DNA of 64,000 bases from a virus (IMGVR_UViG_3300028735_000004:32001-96000), one strand, 5' to 3'. Shown: positions 1 to 9,403, counted from the stretch's first letter. Translations and numbers: made by a program. The notes: generated from the letters alone by a model not told the origin.

Positions 1-1088
1 AAAATATTGAAGATATTAAAGTAGGTGAAAAAGTTATCAATATGAATGGAAAGCCGGTAAAAGTTAAAAACATATTTAATAATGAAATTAAAAATGTAAT
101 GAAGTTAAGAAACTCAATTTATTATGAAGATATGTTTTTTACCTCAAATCACGAATTTTATATAGGGGACTTATCATCTTCTTTAGTTGATACAGTTGGT
201 TATGCTAAAACTTTAGATAAATTAACAAAGAGTGGTCAATCTAAATATAAATGGAAGGCTTTAAAAGATATTAATAAAGCATCTTTTTTAATGCCTAAAA
301 ATATTGATTTTAATTTACCGGAAACATTTAATATAGAAATTCAAAAAAGATGTGGAGGAAACGGAAGATGGAAAGATGATATTAAATATAAAAAAGATGT
401 CTCTTTAAAACCATCATATGAAGTAGGTTATTTATTTGGAACCTTTCTTGGAGATGGACACGCTTTTGTTAATACCAATGGTAGTAGTAAAATAGGTAAT
501 GTTAGCTGGTATTTTCACAAAAATGAAACTCATATTGTAAAGAAAGTAAGTAAATATCTTAAGAAGATTTTCAATAAATCTCCCAAAATAACCGATAATA
601 AAAATATTAAAACAATAAGATTTTATTACAAACCGCTTGCAGATTATCTTGCTACTTTTGGAAAGAAAGATAAAAAACATTTACCTGAAAATTTATTAGT
701 AAATAATAAAAAATATCTTCAAGGTTTATTAGATGGATTAGTTGATAGTAATGGATATATTGAAGAAAATGGAAGAGTTAATTTAAGTAATACATCTAAA
801 CAAATAATTGAACTTTTCAATATAACAAACTATCTATTAACGGGTGTATTCCCAAATAATCAAAAAACTAAAATTACTGCCGGTGGCCTTAAAAATTGTA
901 ATATCGATAATGTTAAACAATCATACATATCAAGAATTAATACAACCGGAGCTAAACGACTTTCTAAAAATTATCAAGTATCAAAAATATTAGAAATGTC
1001 AGAAACAGATTTAGAACTTCCTACATATGACATCGAAGTAGATTGTGATACTCATAGTTTTATTGCTAATAATGCTATAGTTCATAAT
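1..1088 (+). mobile_element. Intein with LAGLIDADG homing endonuclease in IMPDH/GMPR (5' partial)
   Basis: Ends TYDIEVDCDTHSFIANNAIVHN with +1 Ser. LAGLIDADG-like motifs are LFGTFLGDG and GLLDGLVDSNG. Confidence 0.92.
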
Positions 1089-1583
1089 TCTATCTGCACT
1101 ACTCGTATGATGACCGGAAACGGCATACCAACATTATCATCTCTTGTTGATGCTAAAAAAGCCAAGGACGATTTTGAAAAAGCAACTGATAAAAAGGTAT
1201 TTATATTATCAGACGGCGGTGCAAAAAATTCTGGAGATGTTGTAAAAGCATTATGTTTTGCCGATATGGTTATGACCGGAAATCTTCTGGCTGGATCTGA
1301 TGAATGTCCTGGAGATATATTACTTGTTAATGGTGAAACATATAAAGCATATCACGGCTCGTCAACTCATCGTGGTAATAGAACGGAAGGTGTTAAAGCA
1401 ACTGTTAAAGCTAAAGGGCCAGTAAAAGATATCATCCAATCAATAGTTGAGGGGGTTCAATCTGGGTGCTCATATCAAGGCGTTAATAATCTTGTTGATT
1501 TAAAAAAATCTCCCGAGTTTGTTAAAATTACTCACGCTGGAATGATTGAGAGCGGATCTCACGATGTTATTGTGAAAGGTTGA
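1..1583 (+). CDS. IMP dehydrogenase / GMP reductase family protein interrupted by an intein (5' partial)
   Basis: The frame is open from the window start (NIEDIKVGEKVINMNG). The C-extein begins SICTTRMMTGNG (catalytic Cys loop), followed by SDGG..SGDVVKAL, MVMTGNLLAG and GVQSGCSYQG. Confidence 0.9.
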   Translation, partial: NIEDIKVGEKVINMNGKPVKVKNIFNNEIKNVMKLRNSIYYEDMFFTSNHEFYIGDLSSSLVDTVGYAKTLDKLTKSGQSKYKWKALKDINKASFLMPKNIDFNLPETFNIEIQKRCGGNGRWKDDIKYKKDVSLKPSYEVGYLFGTFLGDGHAFVNTNGSSKIGNVSWYFHKNETHIVKKVSKYLKKIFNKSPKITDNKNIKTIRFYYKPLADYLATFGKKDKKHLPENLLVNNKKYLQGLLDGLVDSNGYIEENGRVNLSNTSKQIIELFNITNYLLTGVFPNNQKTKITAGGLKNCNIDNVKQSYISRINTTGAKRLSKNYQVSKILEMSETDLELPTYDIEVDCDTHSFIANNAIVHNSICTTRMMTGNGIPTLSSLVDAKKAKDDFEKATDKKVFILSDGGAKNSGDVVKALCFADMVMTGNLLAGSDECPGDILLVNGETYKAYHGSSTHRGNRTEGVKATVKAKGPVKDIIQSIVEGVQSGCSYQGVNNLVDLKKSPEFVKITHAGMIESGSHDVIVKG

Positions 1584-2476
1584 CAATGAATATTGATGAA
1601 CAAAATTATTTAAATCTTCTTAAACATATATTAGATAATGGTGAAGATAGGCAAGATCGAACCGGTGTTGGAACTAAAGCGGTATTTGGTAAGACATTAC
1701 GTTTCGATTTATCTAATAATACTTTGCCAATTTTAACCACAAGACGAATTTTCTTCAGGGGAATAGTAGAAGAATTATTATTTTTTATACGAGGAGAGAC
1801 TGATACTAAAAAATTAGAAGAGAAAGGTATTAATATTTGGAAAGGAAATACTTCAAGAGAATTTTTAGATAAAAGAGGATTATCTTACTTACCAGAAGGA
1901 TCTTATGGTAAGGCATACGGATATCAATGGAGAAGATTTAATGGCAATTCTCCAGGTGATGTTAATTTCTCGCCTAAAAATACAATTGGTGGAACAGATC
2001 AAATTACACAGGTATTACAAAATTTAAAAAATAATCCACAAGATAGAAGACATTTGGTGGTAGCCTGGAATCCATCACAACTGCACGAAATGGCTTTACC
2101 TCCCTGCCATTATAGTATGCAGTTCTATGTTTCAAATAATAATGAATTATTTTGTTTATTTAATATGCGCAGTGTTGATAGTTTTTTGGGATTACCATTC
2201 AATATTGCTTCATATGCATTATTAACTCATATATTTGCTAAACATTTAGGGTATAAGGCAAAAGAAGTTATTTGGGTTGGAGGAGATACTCATATATATT
2301 CCAATCATATTAATCAAATTAAAGAACAAATTCAAAGAACTCCGTATGAATTTCCTAAAATAAAAATTAAAAAAGATATTACTTCCATTGATGATATAGA
2401 AAATTTATCTTTTGAAGATTTTGAATTGGTGGGGTATAATCATCATCCTGCTATTAAGGCGGAAATGGCAATTTAA
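1580..2476 (+). CDS. thyA: Thymidylate synthase
   Basis: DRTGVGT, YGYQWRRF, MALPPCH, RSVDSFLGLPFNIASY and GDTHIYSNH motifs. Likely ATG at 1586. Confidence 0.97.
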   Translation: MTMNIDEQNYLNLLKHILDNGEDRQDRTGVGTKAVFGKTLRFDLSNNTLPILTTRRIFFRGIVEELLFFIRGETDTKKLEEKGINIWKGNTSREFLDKRGLSYLPEGSYGKAYGYQWRRFNGNSPGDVNFSPKNTIGGTDQITQVLQNLKNNPQDRRHLVVAWNPSQLHEMALPPCHYSMQFYVSNNNELFCLFNMRSVDSFLGLPFNIASYALLTHIFAKHLGYKAKEVIWVGGDTHIYSNHINQIKEQIQRTPYEFPKIKIKKDITSIDDIENLSFEDFELVGYNHHPAIKAEMAI

Positions 2477-2799
2477 TGTTTAAATCAATAGAATATATTA
2501 AATTCTTAAAAAAAGAAAATAATGTTTATTACGATCTATATAAAATAATAGATGATGATTTTGAAGGAGAATATATTGGGGCGACCGGTCCGCCGCGCGC
2601 GGGCGGTGCGGCGGCAGCAATTATCAATTGTTATTCTTCCAGAAATCTTAATGTAGCTAAAAATTTAATATTGTTTATGCAAAATTATCAAGAAAAATAT
2701 AATTATTATATTACAGATCAAATTTACTGGTATAAAAAATATATTCCTGGATTTGAACAATATCTTCCAGAGATAGAAAAATATTTGAGTTTAATATAA
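2476..2799 (+). CDS. Hypothetical protein containing a short GC-rich segment
   Basis: ORF coupled to thyA by a TAATG overlap, in an operon-like position before folA. Confidence 0.6.
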   Translation: MFKSIEYIKFLKKENNVYYDLYKIIDDDFEGEYIGATGPPRAGGAAAAIINCYSSRNLNVAKNLILFMQNYQEKYNYYITDQIYWYKKYIPGFEQYLPEIEKYLSLI

Positions 2800-2809
2800 A
2801 GGATTTAAT

Positions 2810-3307
2810 ATGAAGCAATATACAGGTGGACACATTATTTATTTAATCGCAGCAATATCACAAAATGGAATACTTGGGGTAGATAACACTATTCCTTGGA
2901 AACATAAAGAAGATATGCAAAGATTTAAAAAATTAACCACTTCATCAACAGTGATTATGGGCCGTAAGACTTTTGAATCAATTGGAAAACCTTTGCCCAA
3001 TCGAAATAATATAGTTGTTTCTAAAAATGCTTATGAAGGAACACAACAAGCAAGTTCTTTAAAAGAAGCAATAGAATTATCAACATTTTATTCCTGCCCA
3101 AAAACATATTTAATTGGTGGCGCATCTATCTATGAAGAGGGTATGGAATACGCCGAAGAAATTGATTTAACAATAGTTCCGGAAGTCATTGATGCTTCTC
3201 AATACAAAGAAGTTGCAAAATTTCCATGGATTAACCCAACTAAATGGTTTATAAGAACAATGCATCAGAATAATCAATTGATGCATATACAATATGTTAA
3301 GATTTAG
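2810..3307 (+). CDS. folA: Dihydrofolate reductase
   Basis: IAAISQNGILG..IPW..EDMQRFK, VIMGRKTFESIGKPLPNRNNIVVS and LIGGASIY. Confidence 0.96.
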   Translation: MKQYTGGHIIYLIAAISQNGILGVDNTIPWKHKEDMQRFKKLTTSSTVIMGRKTFESIGKPLPNRNNIVVSKNAYEGTQQASSLKEAIELSTFYSCPKTYLIGGASIYEEGMEYAEEIDLTIVPEVIDASQYKEVAKFPWINPTKWFIRTMHQNNQLMHIQYVKI

Positions 3308-3930
3308 GATAACAAATCCATAATCTTCTATATTCTCCACCTATATTATATGTATTAGATATTTCCCAATCATATCTATAAAAATCTGCATTTAGAAGTG
3401 GTGTTTTTTGTATTTCAAAATCAAAACCAGCATTAGAAAGAAGTTTTTCTATTCTTGATTGTGAAGAAGTTGATGCAAAACCAGAAAAACTCTGATCATA
3501 TGCTTTTGTAGGATCTGGATCTGTATGACGTAAAAAATAATCTGTATCTGTATCAATACATTTAGTTTCTAAAATAAGAACATCTTTCAACACTTTACGC
3601 AAACATTTTATATGAGTTTCGTGATCTGTAAGATGATAAAGCAAACCGGTATCTAAAACAAAATCAAATTGACTAAGATTGTCGAAATTTGCATCTAAAT
3701 CTTGACAAATAAAATTAATATAAGGATGTCTTTTTTTTCCTTCTTCAATATTGGTGTATCTGGCATCAACTGATGTGATATCAGCTCCTATTAATCGAAA
3801 CATTTCGCCTAAATCACCAAAGCCACATCCCAATTCTAACATTCTTTTATTTTTAAAAAATCTTGACCAAATTTATTAATAATAAATCATATCTACTTTT
3901 GCGCCACGGAATATAATGATTATCAAACAT
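3297..3930 (-). CDS. Class I SAM-dependent methyltransferase with frameshifted 5' end
   Basis: MLELGCGFG motif I, SVDAR, FDFVLDTGLLYHL. An upstream ATG at 3930 directly follows the stop of the previous gene but is out of frame with the 3297-3842 ORF. Confidence 0.75.
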
Positions 3931-4341
3931 TTAATACCTATATTTCTTATTATGATTTCTATATGGATATTTAGAACATAGCCAACAAATTAATGTCCCA
4001 TCTTCCTGATTAGATTGAGCCATTGGATAAAATTCATTACATTTTTTACAAATAATACCATCGCTTTTTCTATAAAGATAATCAATAAATACATCGGAAA
4101 CTTTTATTATTTTAGAACCAATAAATTTTTTTGGAACATTATAATTTTGACAATATTTTTCTGATAATAATTCAAATGATCCTTTAATTATCAAATCTAT
4201 TGGAACATATAAAACATACTTACCATCATCTATTCCTATAATTTCAAACTTTTGTTTTGAATCAAATGTTTGTTTATAATGCTCTACAATTTCATTATTG
4301 CTTATCTTACAAACGATAATGTCTCCTGGCTTATAATCCAT
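3931..4341 (-). CDS. Hypothetical protein with C-terminal CxxC...CxxC zinc finger
   Basis: CKKCNEFY...ICWLCSK. Confidence 0.65.
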   Translation of the reverse strand: MDYKPGDIIVCKISNNEIVEHYKQTFDSKQKFEIIGIDDGKYVLYVPIDLIIKGSFELLSEKYCQNYNVPKKFIGSKIIKVSDVFIDYLYRKSDGIICKKCNEFYPMAQSNQEDGTLICWLCSKYPYRNHNKKYRY

Positions 4342-4363
4342 CTATATTTATATCAAAATAATA

Positions 4364-5314
4364 TTAGTTTGGATTTTCGTCCCAAGGCAAAACAAATCCA
4401 ATCGGTGCAAATAAACTTTCAAATATTAATTGACCTTTTTTAACTGATATGGCACCTACTCGTGATGCAGCTTCAGCGATCAAGAAAGCGGGCCAAACTG
4501 TATCTGGTGGTGAAACATTATATTGAACATCGACATATACATCTAAATTTTTAGATGGATCGTACGATCTGACATGTAATTCTTTTGGTTCTTTTCCATC
4601 AACCACTAAATTCCCCTCATAAGTATGATCTGGACTGGTGAATGGCGTTGGTTGATACCATTTCTTTTTATGAGAAATTGGACCCATATCAGGAGAAATA
4701 AATAACATTAATGCTAACCCAGTAGCAGTTCCAGCCTCCAAAATATAGAAACTTGGCTTTTCATCATCTTCATTTTTAAAACCAAGATATACCGCTATTG
4801 CTCCAAACCTTGAGTCTCCTAATCTTGCAGGAGTAATTAAATCTACTCTGGCTGGAACATATCCTAAATCTTCATCATATTTAAAAGCCAACTGCTCTAT
4901 TGACTGAAGTAAATGATCTTCGGGTTTAACGTCTCCGATAGCAGTTGTGATAGTCGTGGCTTCAGCATCTGTTTTGGCCACTGTAACTTTAACTAAAGGT
5001 AAATGTGCAGTAAAACTATGATGTGGATTTGATACTCTTGAATGTTTTGCTACTGCCACATAATATACAAAATTATCTTGAGGGCCGGCTTTTGGTAAAG
5101 CGGCATTTAAAGCATCAATCTCTGCTTGCGCTGGTCGTGGTAAAGTTAATATTTTTTGACAATTTTCATCATCAAAATTATTCCAAGTATTTAATATAAA
5201 ACCATCAATATGTTCTGGAGCAATAACAACTCTTGGATCAGGAAATGCTTTTTGCAATTTAGCGGCAACTTGATCATAAACTGTTTGTCCAACCAATTCT
5301 TTAACTGTTTTCAT
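4364..5314 (-). CDS. DUF1365-like protein
   Basis: Pattern H-S-R..P-H-H-S-F, VDLITPARLG..F..IAVY, YILEA, KKWYQPTPF resembles DUF1365. Likely start MKTVK at 5314 (ATGA overlap). Confidence 0.55.
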   Translation of the reverse strand: MKTVKELVGQTVYDQVAAKLQKAFPDPRVVIAPEHIDGFILNTWNNFDDENCQKILTLPRPAQAEIDALNAALPKAGPQDNFVYYVAVAKHSRVSNPHHSFTAHLPLVKVTVAKTDAEATTITTAIGDVKPEDHLLQSIEQLAFKYDEDLGYVPARVDLITPARLGDSRFGAIAVYLGFKNEDDEKPSFYILEAGTATGLALMLFISPDMGPISHKKKWYQPTPFTSPDHTYEGNLVVDGKEPKELHVRSYDPSKNLDVYVDVQYNVSPPDTVWPAFLIAEAASRVGAISVKKGQLIFESLFAPIGFVLPWDENPN

Positions 5315-5565
5315 TGACATTTCTCCGTGGTTTTTACTATTGCTGGACAACTTGTTTTAGCCGACATATCTTTATGAGAATAATAAACACATCTGTTGGT
5401 AGTTGGACAAAATCCACAATTACCTTCTGATGTGCATAATCCACAATTTACTTTAGTATCACAATATTTAACCCAATCTTCTTTAGGAGCATTAGGTCCG
5501 GGTCGTGATACAGTTGCGCAACTTGAAATTAAAATTATAGGTATTAGTGGTGCTAATTTTCTCAT
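5311..5565 (-). CDS. Small Cys-rich lipoprotein with a PSI-like module
   Basis: Signal peptide and lipobox ILISSC, then C..NCGLC...CGFC....RC...C...C spacing. Confidence 0.6.
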   Translation of the reverse strand: MRKLAPLIPIILISSCATVSRPGPNAPKEDWVKYCDTKVNCGLCTSEGNCGFCPTTNRCVYYSHKDMSAKTSCPAIVKTTEKCQ

Positions 5566-5576
5566 ATGATCATTAA

Positions 5577-6035
5577 TTAAAGTTTATTATATAAATATAC
5601 TGTAATACCATTTTGAATTAATTCTTTTTCTATCATATCGGCTAATTCAGGAATTTCCTCAATAGATGAAGAAGAAAAATGCAAACTTCCTTTATAATTC
5701 TTAGATAATGCTGATAATTTTTTAATGCATTTTTCTAATGCCGCACTATCAACTTTATCTTCATCGTTTTTACAGAGCCCATAAACAACCCATAAATCAC
5801 TCATAAGGGCGCTATCTGAGATTTCTCCTAATTTAAAATTAGTAAAAGATTGGGACCATAATTTAAAATCTTCTTTAACTTTTGGCCATTTTTTAGATAA
5901 TGATATATCTAATTTTTTATCAAATTTTTTATTTGAAGAACAAGGAATAAAAACCATTCTCAAACCAACAAACTCTGGCATTAAAATGGTTTCATCTTTT
6001 ATTTTTAATCTACCTGGTTGTACAAATTTATTCAT
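5577..6035 (-). CDS. Divergent macrodomain-like (Appr-1-p processing/TARG1-like) protein
   Basis: Length and pattern SKKWP..KEDF..W..FKLGEI..LWVVYGLCK..ALEKCIKKL..SLHF..ITVYLY. Confidence 0.5.
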   Translation of the reverse strand: MNKFVQPGRLKIKDETILMPEFVGLRMVFIPCSSNKKFDKKLDISLSKKWPKVKEDFKLWSQSFTNFKLGEISDSALMSDLWVVYGLCKNDEDKVDSAALEKCIKKLSALSKNYKGSLHFSSSSIEEIPELADMIEKELIQNGITVYLYNKL

Positions 6036-6061
6036 TTTTACCTCAAAGTATATATAACAAA

Positions 6062-6721
6062 TTATATTTTTTCTATAAATTTAGATAATTTTATTTGTTC
6101 AATATTGTTATTTGTTTTTATCATATATTTATTAATTGATGAATATAATGATGTTTGCTTATCTAATGCATTTATAAAATCTTCGTGATCTGGAACTAAT
6201 GTCATAAATGTAGATGATAAATTAAAATGATACTTTGATAAGAAAGAAGAAACAATAATATTTAAATTAGATTTTTCGAGTATATAATCTATACAATTAT
6301 TTTTAGCAGAATGAGCTTCCCAAATATGATAATAAAATTGTTTAAGTCTTATTGTATCTTTATCTTTTTTATCCATTGCGTAATATAAACATAATGGGCT
6401 CAATTGATATAAATTTATATTTAATTCTATAGCGATCAATGATACATATGGTTCTAAATCAGAAATAATTAAATCTGGATTATAAGAAGATATTTCATTT
6501 CTTAACAATTTATAATTTGAATTTTTAATAGAAAAATCAGAATGTGGCTTACTGAAATTCAATAGGGCCTCTAAATTCCAATAACAATTATCACAATAAT
6601 TAGAATACCCAGCTATTTTAATTTCTATGTCTTGTCTATTCGATAATTGTAATGAATGCAAGAAATTTATTAAATTATACTTAGATGTAGGTCTATTATC
6701 AGCAGCATAAACAATCTTCAT
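6062..6721 (-). CDS. Glycosyltransferase-like protein (N-terminal GT-B-type domain only)
   Basis: MKIVYAA start and YNPDLIISDLEPYVSLIA, as in MJ1255-like GTs. Too short for a full GT-B. Confidence 0.45.
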   Translation of the reverse strand: MKIVYAADNRPTSKYNLINFLHSLQLSNRQDIEIKIAGYSNYCDNCYWNLEALLNFSKPHSDFSIKNSNYKLLRNEISSYNPDLIISDLEPYVSLIAIELNINLYQLSPLCLYYAMDKKDKDTIRLKQFYYHIWEAHSAKNNCIDYILEKSNLNIIVSSFLSKYHFNLSSTFMTLVPDHEDFINALDKQTSLYSSINKYMIKTNNNIEQIKLSKFIEKI

Positions 6722-7056
6722 TTAACTATTTGTTTTAATTTATTTTTGATACCGTGAAGAGATTTAATTCCACTTTTAGCTTCTTTTAGCAAAAAGGAAA
6801 AACCTTCATATGTTCTTAAATAATCTCTTTCTTTTTTTGATAATTTATTTCCATCTAATACAAAAACTACTTTATCGTTTTCAAACACTTTCCAACTTTC
6901 ACCTTTTGCGTTAGAAAATGTTCTTTTAACTCTAACCATTTTTGATGCAGTATTTTTTTCTTCATCAAATAATTCATAAGCAAATCTACTTAAAATAATT
7001 TTGCCATTAACTTCTTTACCATCATAATCATAAGTATCATAATCTTTAGCGGACAT
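6718..7056 (-). CDS. Hypothetical protein
   Basis: Coupled ORF with ATGA overlap to the next gene. Confidence 0.65.
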   Translation of the reverse strand: MSAKDYDTYDYDGKEVNGKIILSRFAYELFDEEKNTASKMVRVKRTFSNAKGESWKVFENDKVVFVLDGNKLSKKERDYLRTYEGFSFLLKEAKSGIKSLHGIKNKLKQIVK

Positions 7057-7058
7057 AT

Positions 7059-8267
7059 TTACCTCAATAAAGTATCAACTCCCATCACACCAGTAATCAT
7101 AGCGGATAGTATTCCATTAAATCCAGCGGCTTCTCCTGCGCAAACCATATTTTCTAAATCTGTTGATAAATCTTGACCTATATTAATTTTTGGAACATAT
7201 GGTAAAATCGTAGGGGCGTAGAAATAACCTTTTGTTTTTAAGTCTGGAACTATATTAGCAAACTTTTCTACTTCGGCAGGTATCCAATCATATTCTGGTA
7301 AAATAGAAAATTTACTTTTATACGATAGCAAGGTAGAAATCCGTTCTTTTGATATTCTATCGTTTGCTAAAATAAAAGATAACTTTCCAATTCGATCAGT
7401 TTGTTCATAACCAGAAGATGGAAAATATCGATGTCCTATAAAATTAAAAGAAACTTTATCGGATTTCCATCTTGCTTCATTAGATCTAAAAGAAGAGATA
7501 GTTAAATCAATATGATCTTCTGGTATTACCGTTCCGTTCCAACAAAATGGACCAATTTCTAAATTATCTCCAGTTATTTTACAATTAGATTTATTAAATT
7601 CTTTCATATGAGAAGTTGGCATTTCAATTTTTATACCAAACTTAGCATAATCATTATTTTCTATTAAACCAAAATCAGAATAAAATTTAGAAACCCATCG
7701 CCATCCGCTTCTACCAACACACATTAAAATTTTCTTACAATAAAATTCGCCTTTTTGCGTATTGATAATAAAATGTTTTTTTTGTTTATTAATTGAATGC
7801 ACTTCGTTATCAAAACTTAAATGTAAATTATCACGATCTTCAATTGTAGATGCTATATCTTTAATTATTAAATGAATATCTCTTGGATATAATTGAATAA
7901 AATCATTTAATATTATTTCGAAATTATTTTTTTTAAGTTTTTTTTCTAAAGATGAATAAAGCTCTTTGTCTTTAACTACTTTTAACTTTAAGAATTTATT
8001 TAAATAATTATTTATATATTTGTAAGTTGATTTTACTTTTTTATTATTTAAAATATTTGATAATTCATTAATATTATCTAAATATAACTTACCATCACTT
8101 GTTGGAAAACATCCGAGAAATCCTTCTAATGCTCTTCTTCTTTTTAATGGCGCCTTACCTAAATCAAATAATACCGTTTTAACATCTTTATATTCTGTAG
8201 CAACTTTATATGCAGCAAAACTTCCAGCAACACCACTACCTATAATAGCCAAGTCATAAATTTCCAT
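7059..8267 (-). CDS. FAD-dependent oxidoreductase
   Basis: YDLAIIGSGVAG Rossmann motif, GFLGCFPTSDGKL, MCVGRSG and C-terminal MVCAGEAAGFNGILSAMITG. Confidence 0.85.
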   Translation of the reverse strand: MEIYDLAIIGSGVAGSFAAYKVATEYKDVKTVLFDLGKAPLKRRRALEGFLGCFPTSDGKLYLDNINELSNILNNKKVKSTYKYINNYLNKFLKLKVVKDKELYSSLEKKLKKNNFEIILNDFIQLYPRDIHLIIKDIASTIEDRDNLHLSFDNEVHSINKQKKHFIINTQKGEFYCKKILMCVGRSGWRWVSKFYSDFGLIENNDYAKFGIKIEMPTSHMKEFNKSNCKITGDNLEIGPFCWNGTVIPEDHIDLTISSFRSNEARWKSDKVSFNFIGHRYFPSSGYEQTDRIGKLSFILANDRISKERISTLLSYKSKFSILPEYDWIPAEVEKFANIVPDLKTKGYFYAPTILPYVPKINIGQDLSTDLENMVCAGEAAGFNGILSAMITGVMGVDTLLR

Positions 8268-8335
8268 ATGTTTCCTTATAAAGAATTTATAACTACTATA
8301 TCATTAAAAAATAAAATAAAATAAAAAAATATTAA

Positions 8336-9019
8336 TTAGATAACTATTTTAAGCAAACGATCTATCTTGTCTTGTAAATCTTTTTGATAAGATGGCTTTT
8401 CCCCATTGCATATTTTATCACTTAATTCATAAAAATATTTTTGCACATCATTAAATGGCCACATAAAATAATAATAAGATGTTTTAAATTGTTTTACATA
8501 AGATGGTATGTAATATGTTTTTAGAAATTCAGGTAATACTTGTGTTCCAAATTGTTTTTGATCAAAATAAGCATTACAATACAATGAATACGAATACGCT
8601 TTCTTCTCAAAATACATTCTAAAAAACGCAGGAATAGGCGCTGCTAACAATAGTAGTAATAAGAACCATAAACTAACAAAAGATAATGGAAGTGCTAATA
8701 ATGCTAAAATTTGTGGAGAAAGATATAATAAAGAAAATAATACTTTAGAATATTTATTTGCGTCATATATATGAACTAACTCGTTAAGAAGTACAACTAT
8801 ATTACCTTTGACATTTTTGTTTATAAATTCTTGTGATGGAAAATAAACGTTGCTTCCTATAGTTGTAATGTAATTAGTCATAAAAGATCTGTTAAAAAAT
8901 AATAGAAATGATAAAAATTTCATAAAAACAGATTGATCTTTAAATTTTATTTTTAAATCTGGAAATTCTTTTTTACACTCTTCGACAAAATTGGTCCAAT
9001 CAGTTGTTGTCAAATTCAT
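8336..9019 (-). CDS. Membrane protein with a zincin-like (N)ExxH motif
   Basis: YITTIGSNVYFP..VVLLNELVH, then hydrophobic helices and a downstream FEKKAY glutamate. Confidence 0.6.
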   Translation of the reverse strand: MNLTTTDWTNFVEECKKEFPDLKIKFKDQSVFMKFLSFLLFFNRSFMTNYITTIGSNVYFPSQEFINKNVKGNIVVLLNELVHIYDANKYSKVLFSLLYLSPQILALLALPLSFVSLWFLLLLLLAAPIPAFFRMYFEKKAYSYSLYCNAYFDQKQFGTQVLPEFLKTYYIPSYVKQFKTSYYYFMWPFNDVQKYFYELSDKICNGEKPSYQKDLQDKIDRLLKIVI

Positions 9020-9028
9020 TTTATACCT

Positions 9029-9403
9029 TTACTTAAAGATCTCTGCGTGCACCTGCATTGTAAGATCTGCACCAGCGTCATTATCAAATCTTGCAACAAT
9101 GGTACCGCTACTATTAACAATAGCAAAAGTTCCAGTTACAGAACCTATAGTTTGTCTTGCGGTTATATTTACCGATGTAACAGAAGGCGAAGAACCACCT
9201 TTAATAATAGCGGCAATTCTTTGAGCAGACATATCACCGTTAGTACTATTATTTTGTATTAAAAAATCTACCACTACCCAATACATCTTGTCTGGAACTA
9301 CAGTTGCATCAAATAAATTTACATTTAAAGTTGTTGTTCCAGATTCAACGCCAACAATTCTATGATAAGTTCCAGCGGTTTTGTTATCGAATAATGCTAC
9401 CAT
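9029..9403 (-). CDS. Small beta-rich tail-fibre-associated protein
   Basis: Last gene of the fibre cluster, with Thr/Val/Gly-rich composition. Confidence 0.55.
   Translation of the reverse strand: MVALFDNKTAGTYHRIVGVESGTTTLNVNLFDATVVPDKMYWVVVDFLIQNNSTNGDMSAQRIAAIIKGGSSPSVTSVNITARQTIGSVTGTFAIVNSSGTIVARFDNDAGADLTMQVHAEIFK

Noticed and set aside
2578-2615. Complete diversity-generating retroelement
   Set aside because: No reverse transcriptase and no template-repeat copy in the window. Kept only as one hypothesis for the GC island.
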